32,000 nt of DNA from Vibrio vulnificus CMCP6 (GCF_000039765.1 NC_004460.2:1350001-1382000); one strand, 5' to 3'. Shown: positions 16,806-29,365, counted from the first letter of the stretch. A program made the numbers and translations. Notes: generated by a model not told the origin, from the letters alone.

Positions 16806-18986
16806 ATGAAAGAACAAACAGCATTAAAGAAAGTCGCAGAAATGGCACGATTAGCTGACAGCTATGTCAGCGCTTGGGGAGACGAAGCATTGGTCTCCGA
16901 AGAAACGCTACGCCGCCTGCTCAACTCTCTTGGCTATGACACTAGCAGCGATGAAAAACTACTGGCTTCAGCTGAGAAAAAACACAAGAAAGACGTATTA
17001 GCGCCAGTATTGGTATTGCGTGATGGCGATCCGGTGGAAGTGGAACTGAATCTTGGCACCAGTGCGCGTGAAAGCGAGTTCAACTGGCGTTTAGAAACAG
17101 AACAAGGAGAGGTACTGGAAGGCTATCTTCAGTCACAGATTGTTCGCGATGAACGTGCCGAGGGTGGCCCTCTAGTGTTTGCCCTGCCAAAAGATTTGGC
17201 TTGGGGTTATCACAAACTATACGTGAGCCGTAAGCGTCGTAAAGCACCGTATGAAATGGCGTTGATCATCACGCCACGCGCTTGTTTCAAACAAGATTCT
17301 CTAGAGTTGAACAAAAAGCTCTGGGGCCCAAGTATTCAGCTTTACACCCTACGCACCCAGCACAACTGGGGTATCGGTGATTTTGGCGATCTTAAATTGC
17401 TGGTGAGTGACATCGCATCTCGCGGCGGTGATTTCATCGGTCTGAACCCGATCCACTCGCTATTTCCTGCCAACCCTGAAGGCGCTAGCCCATACAGCCC
17501 ATCGTCTCGCCGTTGGTTGAACATTCTTTATATCGATGTGAGCTCTGTTCCTGAGTTTGCGCTCAGTGCGGAAGCACAACAGAAAGTTGGCAGCGCCGAA
17601 TTCCAGCAGCGCCTGCAAAAAGCGCGCGAATCACATTGGGTGAACTACACCGAAGTGGCAGAGCTGAAAATGAGCGTATTGCCACTGCTGTTTGCGGAGT
17701 TTAAAACTCGCCATCTCGACAAAAACAGCGATCGTGCTCGCGCGTTCCTAGAGTTTGTGGAAGAAGGCGGTGACAGCCTCGTGCACCAAGCGGCGTTCGA
17801 TGCATTGCACGCAGAGCTACACGCGCAAGATTCAAACGTGTGGGGCTGGCCAGTTTTCCCTGAGCAATACCGCCGCTTTGATTCTGCCGCGACGCAGAAA
17901 TTCATCAAAGACAACCAAGAAAAAGTGCACCTTTATATGTACTTGCAGTGGATTGCCGACGGCCAGATCAAAGAAGCGCAAGCGCTGGCTGAAGAGAAAG
18001 GCATGTCCGTTGGTCTCTACCGTGACCTTGCAGTCGGTGTGGCTGATTCTGGTAGCGAAACATGGGCAGATAACGGCAACCTAGTACTGGATGCCAGCAT
18101 CGGTGCGCCACCGGATATCCTTGGTCCACTGGGCCAAAACTGGGGTCTGCCACCACTCAACCCTGAAGTGCTGCAAGCCACTGGTTATGACGCGTACATC
18201 AAACTGCTGCGTGCCAACATGAAACATTGTGGCGCACTGCGTATTGACCACGTACTTGGCCTTCTTCGCCTATGGTGGATTCCAAAAGGCGAAAAAGCGA
18301 CAGAAGGGGCGTACCTCTACTACCCAGTCGAAGACATGCTAGCGATTTTGGCGTTGGAATCTCACCGTCATCAGTGCAGCGTGATCGGTGAAGACTTGGG
18401 CACGGTGCCAGATGAAATCGTTGATATCCTGCGTGATGCGGGTGTGCACTCATACAAAGTGTTCTTCTTCGAGACATCAAAAGAAGATGGTGGTTTCATT
18501 TCGCCAAAACACTATGCCGATCAGTCGATGGCGGCCTTGTGTACCCATGATATGCCAACGCTACGCGGCTTCTGGCATTGCGATGACCTCAAAATGGGTC
18601 GCGAAATTGGCCTCTATCCAAACGAAGAGCAGCTCAATGGCTTGTTCGACGATCGCCTAAAATGCAAGCAAGGCATTCTGGACAGCGTGCGTTGGCATGG
18701 TTACTTGCCAGAAGGCATTGGCCACGATGCGCAATACGTGCCAATGGATGCGCATTTAAGTGAAGCATTGCAGTTGCATGTTGCAGCAGGCGCTTCCGCA
18801 CTGCTCAGTGTTCAGCTGGAAGACTGGTTGCAAATGGACAACCCAGTCAACATCCCGGGCACGGTCGATGAGTACCCGAACTGGCGTCGTAAATTGTCGA
18901 TGAACCTTGAAGAGATTTTCAGCCGTGAGGATGTGAATCGAATCGCTCGTCGTCTAACGGAAGTGCGCGCGCAAGCGAGCAAATAA
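16806..18986 (+). CDS. malQ: 4-alpha-glucanotransferase (amylomaltase) MalQ, GH77
   Basis: 726-aa ORF with SD ggagag. GH77 blocks present: GIGDFGDL, NPIHSL.P....SPYSPSSRR, ALRIDHVLGL.RLWWIP, VIGEDLGTVP, CTHDMPTLRGFW and NIPGT..EYPNWRRK. Immediately downstream of malP. Confidence 0.92.
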   Translation: MKEQTALKKVAEMARLADSYVSAWGDEALVSEETLRRLLNSLGYDTSSDEKLLASAEKKHKKDVLAPVLVLRDGDPVEVELNLGTSARESEFNWRLETEQGEVLEGYLQSQIVRDERAEGGPLVFALPKDLAWGYHKLYVSRKRRKAPYEMALIITPRACFKQDSLELNKKLWGPSIQLYTLRTQHNWGIGDFGDLKLLVSDIASRGGDFIGLNPIHSLFPANPEGASPYSPSSRRWLNILYIDVSSVPEFALSAEAQQKVGSAEFQQRLQKARESHWVNYTEVAELKMSVLPLLFAEFKTRHLDKNSDRARAFLEFVEEGGDSLVHQAAFDALHAELHAQDSNVWGWPVFPEQYRRFDSAATQKFIKDNQEKVHLYMYLQWIADGQIKEAQALAEEKGMSVGLYRDLAVGVADSGSETWADNGNLVLDASIGAPPDILGPLGQNWGLPPLNPEVLQATGYDAYIKLLRANMKHCGALRIDHVLGLLRLWWIPKGEKATEGAYLYYPVEDMLAILALESHRHQCSVIGEDLGTVPDEIVDILRDAGVHSYKVFFFETSKEDGGFISPKHYADQSMAALCTHDMPTLRGFWHCDDLKMGREIGLYPNEEQLNGLFDDRLKCKQGILDSVRWHGYLPEGIGHDAQYVPMDAHLSEALQLHVAAGASALLSVQLEDWLQMDNPVNIPGTVDEYPNWRRKLSMNLEEIFSREDVNRIARRLTEVRAQASK

Positions 18987-19097
18987 GAGTGAACTCAATG
19001 AGATGACCCATATGTAATGACTTGATTTGCAGACAGAAACTACAGCCTGGGTCACTCTCTGTTTACCAGTAAAATGGTAGAATGAGGTACCGTTATT

Positions 19098-19130
19098 ATG
19101 CCCGCACCAATAGCGGGCATTTTTATTATT
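19098..19130 (+). terminator. Rho-independent terminator after malQ
   Basis: Stem atgcccgc (19098-19105) / gcgggcat (19113-19120), followed by ttttattattt. Confidence 0.75.
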
Positions 19131-19172
19131 TGCGTACCTTGTGGATGAACAAGAATAAGTACGCGGTCGTGA

Positions 19173-21401
<2,229 letters not shown>

Positions 21402-21427
21402 AATCAAGCGATTAGGCATTTCACACT

Positions 21428-21455
21428 AGGGAGCTCAAGGGCTCCCTATTTTTAT
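21428..21455 (+). terminator. Rho-independent terminator of glgB
   Basis: Stem gggagc (21429-21434) / gctccc (21441-21446), followed by tatttttattt. Confidence 0.75.
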
Positions 21456-21530
21456 TTCTCAGCTCAGGCGATCAAACGGTTCTGGTGGTCTATAGTCCTT
21501 ATAGGACTGTTTGCAAAGGATGCACTCTCA

Positions 21531-23474
21531 ATGACTTTGACCATCGCCAACAAAATCCGCCTTGGCTTTGCCATCTGCCTACTGTTTTTTATCGTTGCCT
21601 CTTACGTGAGTTATCAAGGGATGGTCAATGCGGCGAGCAACTTCCGTCATTACGGTGAACTGGCGGGAGAAACCACCTTAGCGGGTGAAATTCAAGCCAA
21701 CTTCTTAAAAGTCAGACTCAGTGCTGATAAGTATCTGGCTACTTTAGAAAATTCCCACCTCACTACCTATCAGCAGCGTGTGCAAAAAATCACCAAGATG
21801 ATTCAAGACGATATTGCACGCACTGACGATGACAAGCATCGCGCCTACTTAGACAAAGCGCTGGCTGAGGTGAAGCATTTCGAACACACCTTTGGGCAGT
21901 TGAAGCAAAATGTTGAGCAAGTCGAAAAGGCGATCTATCAAGATATGGTGAAGGTCGAGAAGCAAGCGTTACACGATCTTGAAGCGATCTTGGACAATGC
22001 GCATCGCTCGCTCAAGCCAGAGGTCGAGTATTACGCCGCGCTGCTGATGGAAAAATTTCTCTTGGCGAATTTGGCGGTGCTTCATTATGTGCATAAAGAG
22101 AATGAGGAAAGCCTTCAGCAAGTTCGAGTGACACTGTCCGAAACCTTGCCGCAACTAGAAGAGCAGTTTCGCACTGTGATTGAAAGTGAAGAGCAAAAAG
22201 CTTTGCTGCAAGCGTTTGTGCAGCAAAGAGCGCTCTTCATCAAAGCGTTTGATCACACGGTGATGCTGAAAAACCAACAAAATGGCCATCGGAAGAAGTT
22301 GGCTGAGTATGGAGAATTGTTGTCATCCGATCTCGAAGCATTAAAACTGCTTTCGATAGAAGAACAAACGCAGTTAACCGCTGAATTGCAAGAAAAGAAA
22401 AAGCAAACCATTGAAGTCATTTTGGGACTAGCGGTGGCAGCGGTGGTTATTGGCATTGCGTGTGCCTACACCGTGGCAAACTCGATTGGCAAGGGCATCC
22501 GTAAGGTGAAACGCATTTCCACCGAATTATCGAAAGGAAACTTATCGGTTGAGGTCGTGGTGGAAGGGAAAGATGAAATCGGCGAATTGTTGGCCAACAT
22601 GCGTGAAACCATTCTCTCACTGCGCGACATTGTCGATAAGGTGAATCTCTCTTGTTATAAAGTGGCCCAGATGTCGGAAGAGCTGAGCGCCATTACCAAC
22701 ACCACCAGTCGCTCATCAGATGCCCTCAACAGTGAAATGGAACAAATTTCTGCCTCGGTGCAACAGCTCTCCACCAGCACCACCGAGATTGCGCAAAGTG
22801 CGACAGATTCAGCAAGCTTTGCCCAACGTGCGACTCACAATGTCAGTCAGGGGCTGGACGAGGTGCACAAAACCTTAGACGCGATCGAAAAAGCCGAGCA
22901 CGAAATGGCAGGCAGTTCGAAACAGATTGGCGATTTGTATCAAGAGTCGATGGATATTGGCTCTATTTTGGAAGTGATTCATGGTGTGGCTGAGCAAACC
23001 AACTTGTTGGCGCTCAATGCCGCGATTGAAGCGGCCAGAGCGGGTGAGCAAGGCCGCGGTTTTGCCGTGGTGGCGGATGAAGTGCGCTCATTGGCAAAAC
23101 GCACACAAGAAGCCACCGCGCAGATCGAAACCATGATCGGCTCGTTGCAGCACGGTGCGGAAGAGGCAAAAAACTCCATCGACCAAAGCCACCACACCGT
23201 AACGGGGGCGGCGCAGCAAGCGCAGTCGACCACCTCGAACTTAGAAAATATTCAAACCTTGATTGAAGAGTTAAATGACACCAATATCCAAATCGCGGCG
23301 GCGGTAGAGGAGCAGAGCATGGTGACCGCCAACGTCAGCGAAAGTGTCACCGAAACCTACAATATCACCCGAGACAACAATGAAGCGGTGAAAAACATCG
23401 CCGAATCGGCACAAGAGTTGGCGGTGGTGGCGCAGGATTTGGAAACTCAGATGAAGCGATTCAAAACCGCGTAA
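21531..23474 (+). CDS. Methyl-accepting chemotaxis protein with a large helical periplasmic sensor domain
   Basis: 647-aa ORF. TM1 at residues ~10-30, a ~265-aa helical periplasmic region, and TM2 ([20 protein letters not shown]). A HAMP domain is followed by the highly conserved signalling hairpin [38 protein letters not shown]. Confidence 0.92.
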   Translation: MTLTIANKIRLGFAICLLFFIVASYVSYQGMVNAASNFRHYGELAGETTLAGEIQANFLKVRLSADKYLATLENSHLTTYQQRVQKITKMIQDDIARTDDDKHRAYLDKALAEVKHFEHTFGQLKQNVEQVEKAIYQDMVKVEKQALHDLEAILDNAHRSLKPEVEYYAALLMEKFLLANLAVLHYVHKENEESLQQVRVTLSETLPQLEEQFRTVIESEEQKALLQAFVQQRALFIKAFDHTVMLKNQQNGHRKKLAEYGELLSSDLEALKLLSIEEQTQLTAELQEKKKQTIEVILGLAVAAVVIGIACAYTVANSIGKGIRKVKRISTELSKGNLSVEVVVEGKDEIGELLANMRETILSLRDIVDKVNLSCYKVAQMSEELSAITNTTSRSSDALNSEMEQISASVQQLSTSTTEIAQSATDSASFAQRATHNVSQGLDEVHKTLDAIEKAEHEMAGSSKQIGDLYQESMDIGSILEVIHGVAEQTNLLALNAAIEAARAGEQGRGFAVVADEVRSLAKRTQEATAQIETMIGSLQHGAEEAKNSIDQSHHTVTGAAQQAQSTTSNLENIQTLIEELNDTNIQIAAAVEEQSMVTANVSESVTETYNITRDNNEAVKNIAESAQELAVVAQDLETQMKRFKTA

Positions 23475-23495
23475 AGCGTTAAGTTTTACTCAAAG

Positions 23496-23532
23496 GAGCG
23501 CTGAGAAAAAATCTTCTCAAGCGCTCTTTTTA
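23496..23532 (+). terminator. Rho-independent terminator of the MCP gene
   Basis: Stem gagcgctgagaa / ttctcaagcgctc (one bulged A), followed by T5 at 23527-23531. Confidence 0.75.
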
Positions 23533-23727
23533 TTGTTTGTTTTTTGCACAAAAATGCGTCGTAGGATCTATGCAATTTTTTATCCTCAGTTATAATTCGC
23601 GCTCGCGATACCTAAGCGGCTTTTAACAAGCAACAGAAGCCTTTTCGCTATCGATTTTTCACCAGCAAACAGTGGCGATTCGATCACTGATGACTGGCAC
23701 CAATCAACACTGGAAGCAAAGCAAGTA

Positions 23728-25137
23728 ATGACAGTTCAAACGTTTACGCCAAACCAAACCACAACGTTGGATACGGCCAAAAAAACCATCGAGCAACAGA
23801 GCCAAGAGTTAACGCCAAGCGGCGGTAACAAAATCGGTTTCGTCTCATTAGGTTGTCCCAAAAACCTCGTTGATTCTGAACGAATCCTGACGCAACTTCG
23901 CACCGAAGGCTATGAAATCGTCAACAGCTACCACGATTCGGACGTGGTGATCGTCAACACTTGTGGCTTTATTGATAGCGCAGTTCAAGAGTCGCTCGAC
24001 ACTATCGGTGAAGCGCTTAAAGAGAACGGCAAAGTGATCGTGACCGGTTGCTTGGGCGCGCGTGAAGATGAAATTCGCGAAGTGCACCCGGGCGTTTTAG
24101 GCATTACGGGCCCACATGCGTATGAAAACGTGTTAGAGCACGTACATCAGTTTGCGCCAAAGCCAGAGCACAACCCGTTTACCAGCCTAGTGCCTGATCA
24201 CGGCGTGAAGCTGACGCCAAAACACTACGCTTACCTAAAAATATCGGAAGGCTGTAACCACCGTTGTACCTTCTGCATCATCCCGTCCATGCGTGGTGAC
24301 TTGGTCAGCCGCCCGGTGGGAGAAATCCTCAGTGAAGCAGAACGCCTGAAAAACGCAGGGGTGAAAGAGCTATTGGTGATCAGCCAAGACACCAGTGCCT
24401 ACGGTGTGGACAGCAAACACAGCCTGGGTTTTGCTAACGGTTCTCCAGTGCGTCAAAACATCAAAGCGCTGAGTGAAGAGCTGGGCAAAATGGGCATTTG
24501 GGTGCGCCTGCACTACGTTTACCCATATCCACATGTGGATGATTTGATCCCGCTGATGGCGGAAGGAAAAATCCTGCCTTACTTGGATATTCCATTCCAA
24601 CACGCCAGCCCGAATGTACTTAAAGCGATGAAGCGCCCTGGCCGTGCGGAACGCACGCTCGATCAAATCAAAAAATGGCGCGAGATCTGCCCAGAGTTGG
24701 TGATTCGCTCAACCTTTATCGTTGGTTTCCCTGGCGAAACGGATGAAGATTTCGAGATGCTGCTAGAGTGGCTAAAAGAAGCGCAACTGGATCGTGTGGG
24801 CTGTTTCAAATACTCACCAGTAGAAGGGGCGGCTGCAAACGACATTGATGATCAGATCTCGGAAGAAGTGAAGCAAGAGCGTTTTGAGTGTTTCATGCTG
24901 GTTCAACAAGAAATCAGCGCGGCGAAGCTGCAAAAACGCATTGGCAGCACCATGAAAGTGATCATCGATGAAGTAGACGAAGAAGGCGCGATTGGTCGTA
25001 CCTACGCGGATGCACCAGAAATCGATGGCTTAGTTTACCTCAACGGTGAAACCAGCCTCAAAGCAGGTGAGTTGGTGGACGTGCTTATCGAGCACGCTGA
25101 CGAATACGACCTGTGGGGATCGTTGGTTCGCGCCTAG
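23728..25137 (+). CDS. rimO: Ribosomal protein S12 (D88) methylthiotransferase RimO (radical SAM)
   Basis: 469-aa ORF nearly collinear with E. coli RimO as recalled ([27 protein letters not shown], radical-SAM cluster [43 protein letters not shown]-terminal [15 protein letters not shown]). Confidence 0.96.
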   Translation: MTVQTFTPNQTTTLDTAKKTIEQQSQELTPSGGNKIGFVSLGCPKNLVDSERILTQLRTEGYEIVNSYHDSDVVIVNTCGFIDSAVQESLDTIGEALKENGKVIVTGCLGAREDEIREVHPGVLGITGPHAYENVLEHVHQFAPKPEHNPFTSLVPDHGVKLTPKHYAYLKISEGCNHRCTFCIIPSMRGDLVSRPVGEILSEAERLKNAGVKELLVISQDTSAYGVDSKHSLGFANGSPVRQNIKALSEELGKMGIWVRLHYVYPYPHVDDLIPLMAEGKILPYLDIPFQHASPNVLKAMKRPGRAERTLDQIKKWREICPELVIRSTFIVGFPGETDEDFEMLLEWLKEAQLDRVGCFKYSPVEGAAANDIDDQISEEVKQERFECFMLVQQEISAAKLQKRIGSTMKVIIDEVDEEGAIGRTYADAPEIDGLVYLNGETSLKAGELVDVLIEHADEYDLWGSLVRA

Positions 25138-25160
25138 TCTCACCGTGTTAAGTCACACCG

Positions 25161-25194
25161 ACAAAGAGCCGATGATTCGGCTCTTTGTTTTTTC
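25161..25194 (+). terminator. Rho-independent terminator of rimO
   Basis: Perfect 12-bp stem acaaagagccga (25161-25172) / tcggctctttgt (25177-25188), followed by T5-6. Confidence 0.85.
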
Positions 25195-25213
25195 TGTCAC
25201 TCTCTGTCTGCGG

Positions 25214-25801
25214 TTAGTTGAGCATCGGCACAGTCGATAGCAACAGCAGCAATGCCATGCTGATATTAAAGCTCTTTACTCGCGTATGCGTGGTGAGCCA
25301 GCGCTGTAACTGAGTTCCAGCGGCGGTCCAAAAGCTGACCGAAGGCAGATTGGCCAAAATGAATACCCCAGCGATCAAAACCAGCTCCCACCATTGACTC
25401 CCGGTGCTGTAAACGCTGACTGCCGTGAGCGCCATGGTCCAGCCTTTTGGGTTCACCCACTGGAAACTTGCCGCTTGCAAAAAACTCATCGGTTTAAAAT
25501 CTTTTCGCTCACTGGCTTTGCCGCTGAAGGCAATCTTCGCCGCCAGACAAACCAAATAGCTCAAACTGAGGTACTTAAGGATTTGGTGTGAGAGTGGGTA
25601 GCTGTGAAATAGCCCCATCAAACCCACACCAATCAGTATCACCATCACCGCAAAGCCAAGCGTAATGCCGAGCATGTGCGGAATGGTACGAACAAACCCG
25701 ACATTGGCGCCGGAGGTCATCAACATAATGTTGTTGGGACCGGGGGTAAACGTCGATACAAAGGCAAACAGCGCCAAAGCGCTGAGCTGAGACAGCTCCA
25801 T
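25214..25801 (-). CDS. LysE/RhtB family amino-acid efflux protein
   Basis: 195-aa ORF with ~6 TM segments. The N-terminal family signature is FTPGPNNIMLMTSGANVGF. Divergent from an Lrp/AsnC regulator. Substrate not inferable. Confidence 0.8.
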   Translation of the reverse strand: MELSQLSALALFAFVSTFTPGPNNIMLMTSGANVGFVRTIPHMLGITLGFAVMVILIGVGLMGLFHSYPLSHQILKYLSLSYLVCLAAKIAFSGKASERKDFKPMSFLQAASFQWVNPKGWTMALTAVSVYSTGSQWWELVLIAGVFILANLPSVSFWTAAGTQLQRWLTTHTRVKSFNISMALLLLLSTVPMLN

Positions 25802-25923
25802 TTTTTCTCTCCTACACGTTGATAATTGTTTTCTGACCGGTCAACACAATCATAGGTAGTTATCGTCGCAATTTTGTGCTTTTATTTGATCACCAAACCG
25901 ACACTGCGCAAGAAAATTTCACT

Positions 25924-26364
25924 ATGGATAGATTTGACGAAAAAATATTGCACGCCCTCAAGTGTGATGGCCGAATTTCAAATGTAGAGCTCTCAGAAAG
26001 GGTTGGATTGTCGCCTTCCGCGACTCTGCGCCGCGTGCAGGAGCTGGAGCGAAAAGGGGTTATCAAGGGGTATCGTGCGGTATTGGATAGCAACCAATTG
26101 GGGATCGGTTTTGTCGCCTACGTGTCGATTGGTTTGGCATCGCACAGCAAAAAAGCGCAGCAAGAGTTTGAAGATCACGTCCGCTTCGTTGATGAAGTGG
26201 TGGAATGCCACAACATTACCGGCGCCAATGAGTATTTGTTACGGGTAGAAACCAAAGATCTCGTCGCGTATAAGAAGTTTCACGCCGATGTGCTGGGTGA
26301 ATGCGAGCAGGTAAAATCCATCACCACCATGGTCGTGATGGATTCGCCGAAAGATGAGCGTTAA
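25924..26364 (+). CDS. Lrp/AsnC family transcriptional regulator
   Basis: Start placed at MDRFDEKILHALKCDGRISNVELSERVGLSPSATLRRVQELERKGVI (ATG at 25924; the track extension from 25876 is rejected). N-terminal HTH_AsnC plus a C-terminal RAM-like domain. Confidence 0.85.
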   Translation: MDRFDEKILHALKCDGRISNVELSERVGLSPSATLRRVQELERKGVIKGYRAVLDSNQLGIGFVAYVSIGLASHSKKAQQEFEDHVRFVDEVVECHNITGANEYLLRVETKDLVAYKKFHADVLGECEQVKSITTMVVMDSPKDER

Positions 26365-26999
26365 CAAATCGTTCCGCCAGTGTGTTTGGTGTCTTGTTCT
26401 GTTTCAAGACAGGTCATCATCATCATTTCCAAGCCATGTACCAATGTTTCTAAGCTCATACTCGGTTGGTTGGAAGCACTGGCTTGCTCTGGCAGCAGAG
26501 GGATGTGGATAAATCCACTGCGAATTGCGCGTGTGTGCAAATGATGCTGAACACCGTAGAAAAGGTGATTGCACACAAACGTGCCTGCGCTGTGAGAGAG
26601 TTGGCACGGGATGCCTGCTTGTTGCAGCGCATGGGTGATCGCCTTCACTGGTAAGGTCGAAAAATAGGCAGCAGGGCCCGTTGCTATGATCGGCTCGTCC
26701 ACCGGTTGATGACCGGCATTGTCTTCGATGCGATAGTCATCCAGATTAATCGCAACACGCTCAGGAGTGATGGCGCAACGCCCTGACGCTTGGCCAATCA
26801 TGAGTACTAAATCTGGTTGATGTGTTTCAACGGCTTGCAGCACCGTTTCGATCGCTTGGTAGCGAACCACAGGCACTTCACAGCCAATGATCTCCACCTG
26901 TGGCAAAGCGCGCGAAGCCATTTGCTTGACCAACTCCAGTGAGGGGTTGATTGATTCGCCACCAAATGGCTCAAATCCGGTGAGTAGTACCTTACGCAT
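26361..26999 (-). CDS. pcp: Pyrrolidone-carboxylate peptidase (pyroglutamyl peptidase I, C15)
   Basis: 212-aa ORF. Contains MRKVLLTGFEPFGGESINPS, the catalytic Cys context SHSAGTFVCNHLFYG and the His context GFIHIP. Confidence 0.9.
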   Translation of the reverse strand: MRKVLLTGFEPFGGESINPSLELVKQMASRALPQVEIIGCEVPVVRYQAIETVLQAVETHQPDLVLMIGQASGRCAITPERVAINLDDYRIEDNAGHQPVDEPIIATGPAAYFSTLPVKAITHALQQAGIPCQLSHSAGTFVCNHLFYGVQHHLHTRAIRSGFIHIPLLPEQASASNQPSMSLETLVHGLEMMMMTCLETEQDTKHTGGTIC

Positions 27000-27406
27000 A
27001 GAAAATATCCTTTAGACAACTGCTTCGCATAGAAAACCGCTCTGCACTATGCATCAAATCCGTCGGCTTGCCAACGAATCCGCCATAAACCTTGCCGAGT
27101 CAATTTGAAGTGACTCGAAAATGTTTGTTACACCAATCTCCGTGCTACAAAACGTCTGGAAAGCAGGTAGCAAACTCGCGACAAAAACACCCGACAATTT
27201 GCCCTATCCACACTATGAAACAGACATCCTGCTAGCTTTATTACACCCGAATAAGATCGGGGTTAGAGGTTCTGTTACCCAAACTACGGGGAGTTGCAGG
27301 TAGGTGGCAAGTGAATGAGCGTAGCCAACGCCACTGCGACATCAAGTAGTACGGGTATACTCTCCCGTATGCCGTAGAGGGAGTGACAATCACAAAAGGA
27401 AATAGG

Positions 27407-28588
27407 ATGAAAAAAGCACTTTCTTTATCGCTGGCTGGTGCCAGTGTTCTTGCCGCGTTAAGCACCTTTCAGGTTCAGGCCCATGGTTGGGTTGAATATC
27501 CAAGTGCCAGACAAAATACCTGTTATGAAGATGGCGGTTTTTGGACCAATGAGATCCCAAACCAAGCATGTCAGGCGGCGTTTGATGCCTCTGGCGCTTA
27601 CCCATTTGTGCAACGCAGCGAAATTGCCGCAAACGTACCGAACTACCGTGATATGGCGCATGTCAAAGCGATCGTACCGAATGGCGAGCTTTGTTCTGCG
27701 GGCGATTCTGCCAAAGCGGGATTAAACATCCCTTCACCCTATTGGCAGCGCACGTCAATCACGCCAGATGCGAACAATCAAATTGAACTGGTGTTCTTTG
27801 GTAAAGCGCCGCACAACCCTTCTTACTGGGAATTTTACTTAACCAAGCCGAGCTACGATGCGTCATTGCCGTTGACTTGGGATGATCTGGAGCTGATTGA
27901 CACCGCAGGTGACATTTTTGTCGATGAGCAAAAACGCTACCGCATGAAAGTGACCTTCCCGGCGGATCGCAGTGGTGATGCCATTCTCTACACACGCTGG
28001 CAGCGCATTGATGTGGTTGGCGAAGGTTTCTATAACTGCAGTGACATTACCTTGAGAAGCGGAGGCACAACACCACCAACAGACCCAACCGATCCACCAA
28101 CGGAACCAGGTAACAACCTCAGCGTACTTGGCTATTTTGTTCCACAAGGTTTTGGCCCTGTTGAATCCGGTGATACGGTTCGCTTGCGTACCTTTGACGC
28201 GACGGGCGCTGAGCTGGTGGACATCTCATTGGCTATTTCTGCCAACAACACCGGCACTTGGGCTGCGGAGCTGGCGGGGCAATTTAATGGTCAACAACAT
28301 AAAGATTGGTACATCGGTATTTGGCATCAAGGGATGAATCACTACATGTACGACAGCAGCAATGTGTTTGCGAACCAAGTGCATGCGCCAAGCGCCAATT
28401 TTAGCTACGCGCTTTCGTTGATCAAAGCGGATACCACGCCTCCAACGTTACCTACCAACGGTTGGAGCAAAGAGAAAGTGTATGTCGCGGGCGATGTGGT
28501 GAGCCACAATGGTCGTGAGTGGACTGCGCAATGGTGGACAACGGGTGAAGAGCCGGGAACCACGGGTGAGTGGGGCGTTTGGCGTTAA
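27407..28588 (+). CDS. Secreted AA10 lytic polysaccharide monooxygenase / chitin-binding protein with a C-terminal CBM5/12-like module (GbpA/spindolin-related)
   Basis: Start placed at MKKALSLSLAG (ATG at 27407, SD aaagga). The signal peptide ends VQA|HGWVEYP, exposing the N-terminal His of the copper histidine brace. The second His sits in KAPHNPSYWEFYLTK, matching the H...W.(Y/F)(Y/F)(I/L)TK pattern of CBP21/GbpA. After a Pro/Thr linker comes an unassigned ~105-aa domain, then a second linker, then a W/Y-rich CBM5/12-like tail (WTAQWWTTGEEPG..GEWGVW). Confidence 0.85.
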   Translation: MKKALSLSLAGASVLAALSTFQVQAHGWVEYPSARQNTCYEDGGFWTNEIPNQACQAAFDASGAYPFVQRSEIAANVPNYRDMAHVKAIVPNGELCSAGDSAKAGLNIPSPYWQRTSITPDANNQIELVFFGKAPHNPSYWEFYLTKPSYDASLPLTWDDLELIDTAGDIFVDEQKRYRMKVTFPADRSGDAILYTRWQRIDVVGEGFYNCSDITLRSGGTTPPTDPTDPPTEPGNNLSVLGYFVPQGFGPVESGDTVRLRTFDATGAELVDISLAISANNTGTWAAELAGQFNGQQHKDWYIGIWHQGMNHYMYDSSNVFANQVHAPSANFSYALSLIKADTTPPTLPTNGWSKEKVYVAGDVVSHNGREWTAQWWTTGEEPGTTGEWGVWR

Positions 28589-28610
28589 GCGATTGTTCTG
28601 CTTCAACACT

Positions 28611-28634
28611 GAGGAGGCTGCGGCCTCCTTTTTG
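28611..28634 (+). terminator. Rho-independent terminator of the LPMO gene
   Basis: Stem ggaggc (28613-28618) / gcctcc (28623-28628), followed by T5. Confidence 0.8.
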
Positions 28635-28696
28635 CTTCTTATTTTTTATTGCTTAGTATCAAGTATCAAATACGCCACCTCCTTGTGGCCACATCG

Positions 28697-29365
28697 TTAG
28701 ATGTCGAACAACACGCCAATTTTGATGGCTTGCTGATCAAACTCTTTTTTAATTTCAGGACTATCGACGTAGAGTGCATCGGTCAAATATTGGTAGGAGA
28801 GCGTCATCGAGAAGCGTGGTGTGAAATGCCATTCACTGCCTACTTCAATGCCACTGTGTACCGAGCTATTGCGCGTTTTTTTACGCTCATTCGTCGTCAT
28901 GATCAGTGAGTCGTCAATATAAGACGCTGTGTATTGATCCCAATTGGTGCTCGTGGTGGTGTAGTGCAGTGTTGGCTTTCCGTACAGGCTGAGTTTATTG
29001 GCCACGCGCCAAGAAAATTTAGGACCAATGTTGAGATTAAGGCTCTGGGTTTCTAAAGAAATGATCGCTTTATCCAGATGACCTTCAAAGTAGGAATAGC
29101 TCACAGTTTGGCTGATGGGGTTAGCCAACCAATACGATACGCCCGCTTCCAATGCGAACCAATCGATAAATTGATAACCCAATGTAGCGCCAATACCAAC
29201 GCCTACTTTTTTAGGACTCACATCGTAGAGGTGATCTTGTTCGAGATCGTCGCTCTGATAGGAATAAAACGAAACGCTTTGGTCGGTACCGAGGTAAAAA
29301 CCTTGCTTAGCCAAAGTGATAGGCGACACCAGTATTAGGCAAGCGGCCAAAGTATGTAGCTTCAT
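28697..29365 (-). CDS. Small outer-membrane beta-barrel protein (OmpA-like/OMP_b-brl type)
   Basis: The track start at 29374 is a GTG; I prefer the ATG at 29365 (MKLHTLAACLILVSPITLAKQ signal peptide). The sequence has alternating hydrophobic/aromatic beta-strand periodicity throughout (GVGIGATLGYQF, ALEAGVSYWL, FSMTLSYQYL, IKIGVLFDI). Subfamily not assignable. Confidence 0.65.
   Translation of the reverse strand: MKLHTLAACLILVSPITLAKQGFYLGTDQSVSFYSYQSDDLEQDHLYDVSPKKVGVGIGATLGYQFIDWFALEAGVSYWLANPISQTVSYSYFEGHLDKAIISLETQSLNLNIGPKFSWRVANKLSLYGKPTLHYTTTSTNWDQYTASYIDDSLIMTTNERKKTRNSSVHSGIEVGSEWHFTPRFSMTLSYQYLTDALYVDSPEIKKEFDQQAIKIGVLFDI

Noticed and set aside
26361-26364. Convergent AsnC-family regulator and pcp genes share the palindrome TTAA as overlapping stop codons, with no terminator between them.
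   Set aside because: It is real in the sequence, but such 4-nt convergent overlaps are common in compact genomes. There is no further structure suggesting a regulatory role.
27121-27303. 60-aa plus-strand ORF in the pcp-LPMO intergenic region.
   Set aside because: It has no SD, a composition unlike the neighbouring genes, no recognisable motif, and sits at the minimum length of the track. It is more likely part of the non-coding leader or promoter region.
27240-27400. c-di-GMP-I (GEMM) riboswitch upstream of the LPMO gene, by analogy to V. cholerae gbpA; also a Mn2+ (yybP-ykoY)-like GGGGAGU motif.
   Set aside because: ggcaagtgaatgagcgtagcc superficially resembles GGCAAA...GACGCAAAGCC, but there is no intervening GNRA-capped hairpin. 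The ggtaggt element is in the wrong order relative to the Vc2 sequence I recall. The yybP resemblance is limited to ~8 nt and the downstream gene is not a Mn transporter. I kept the region only as an unassigned structured leader.
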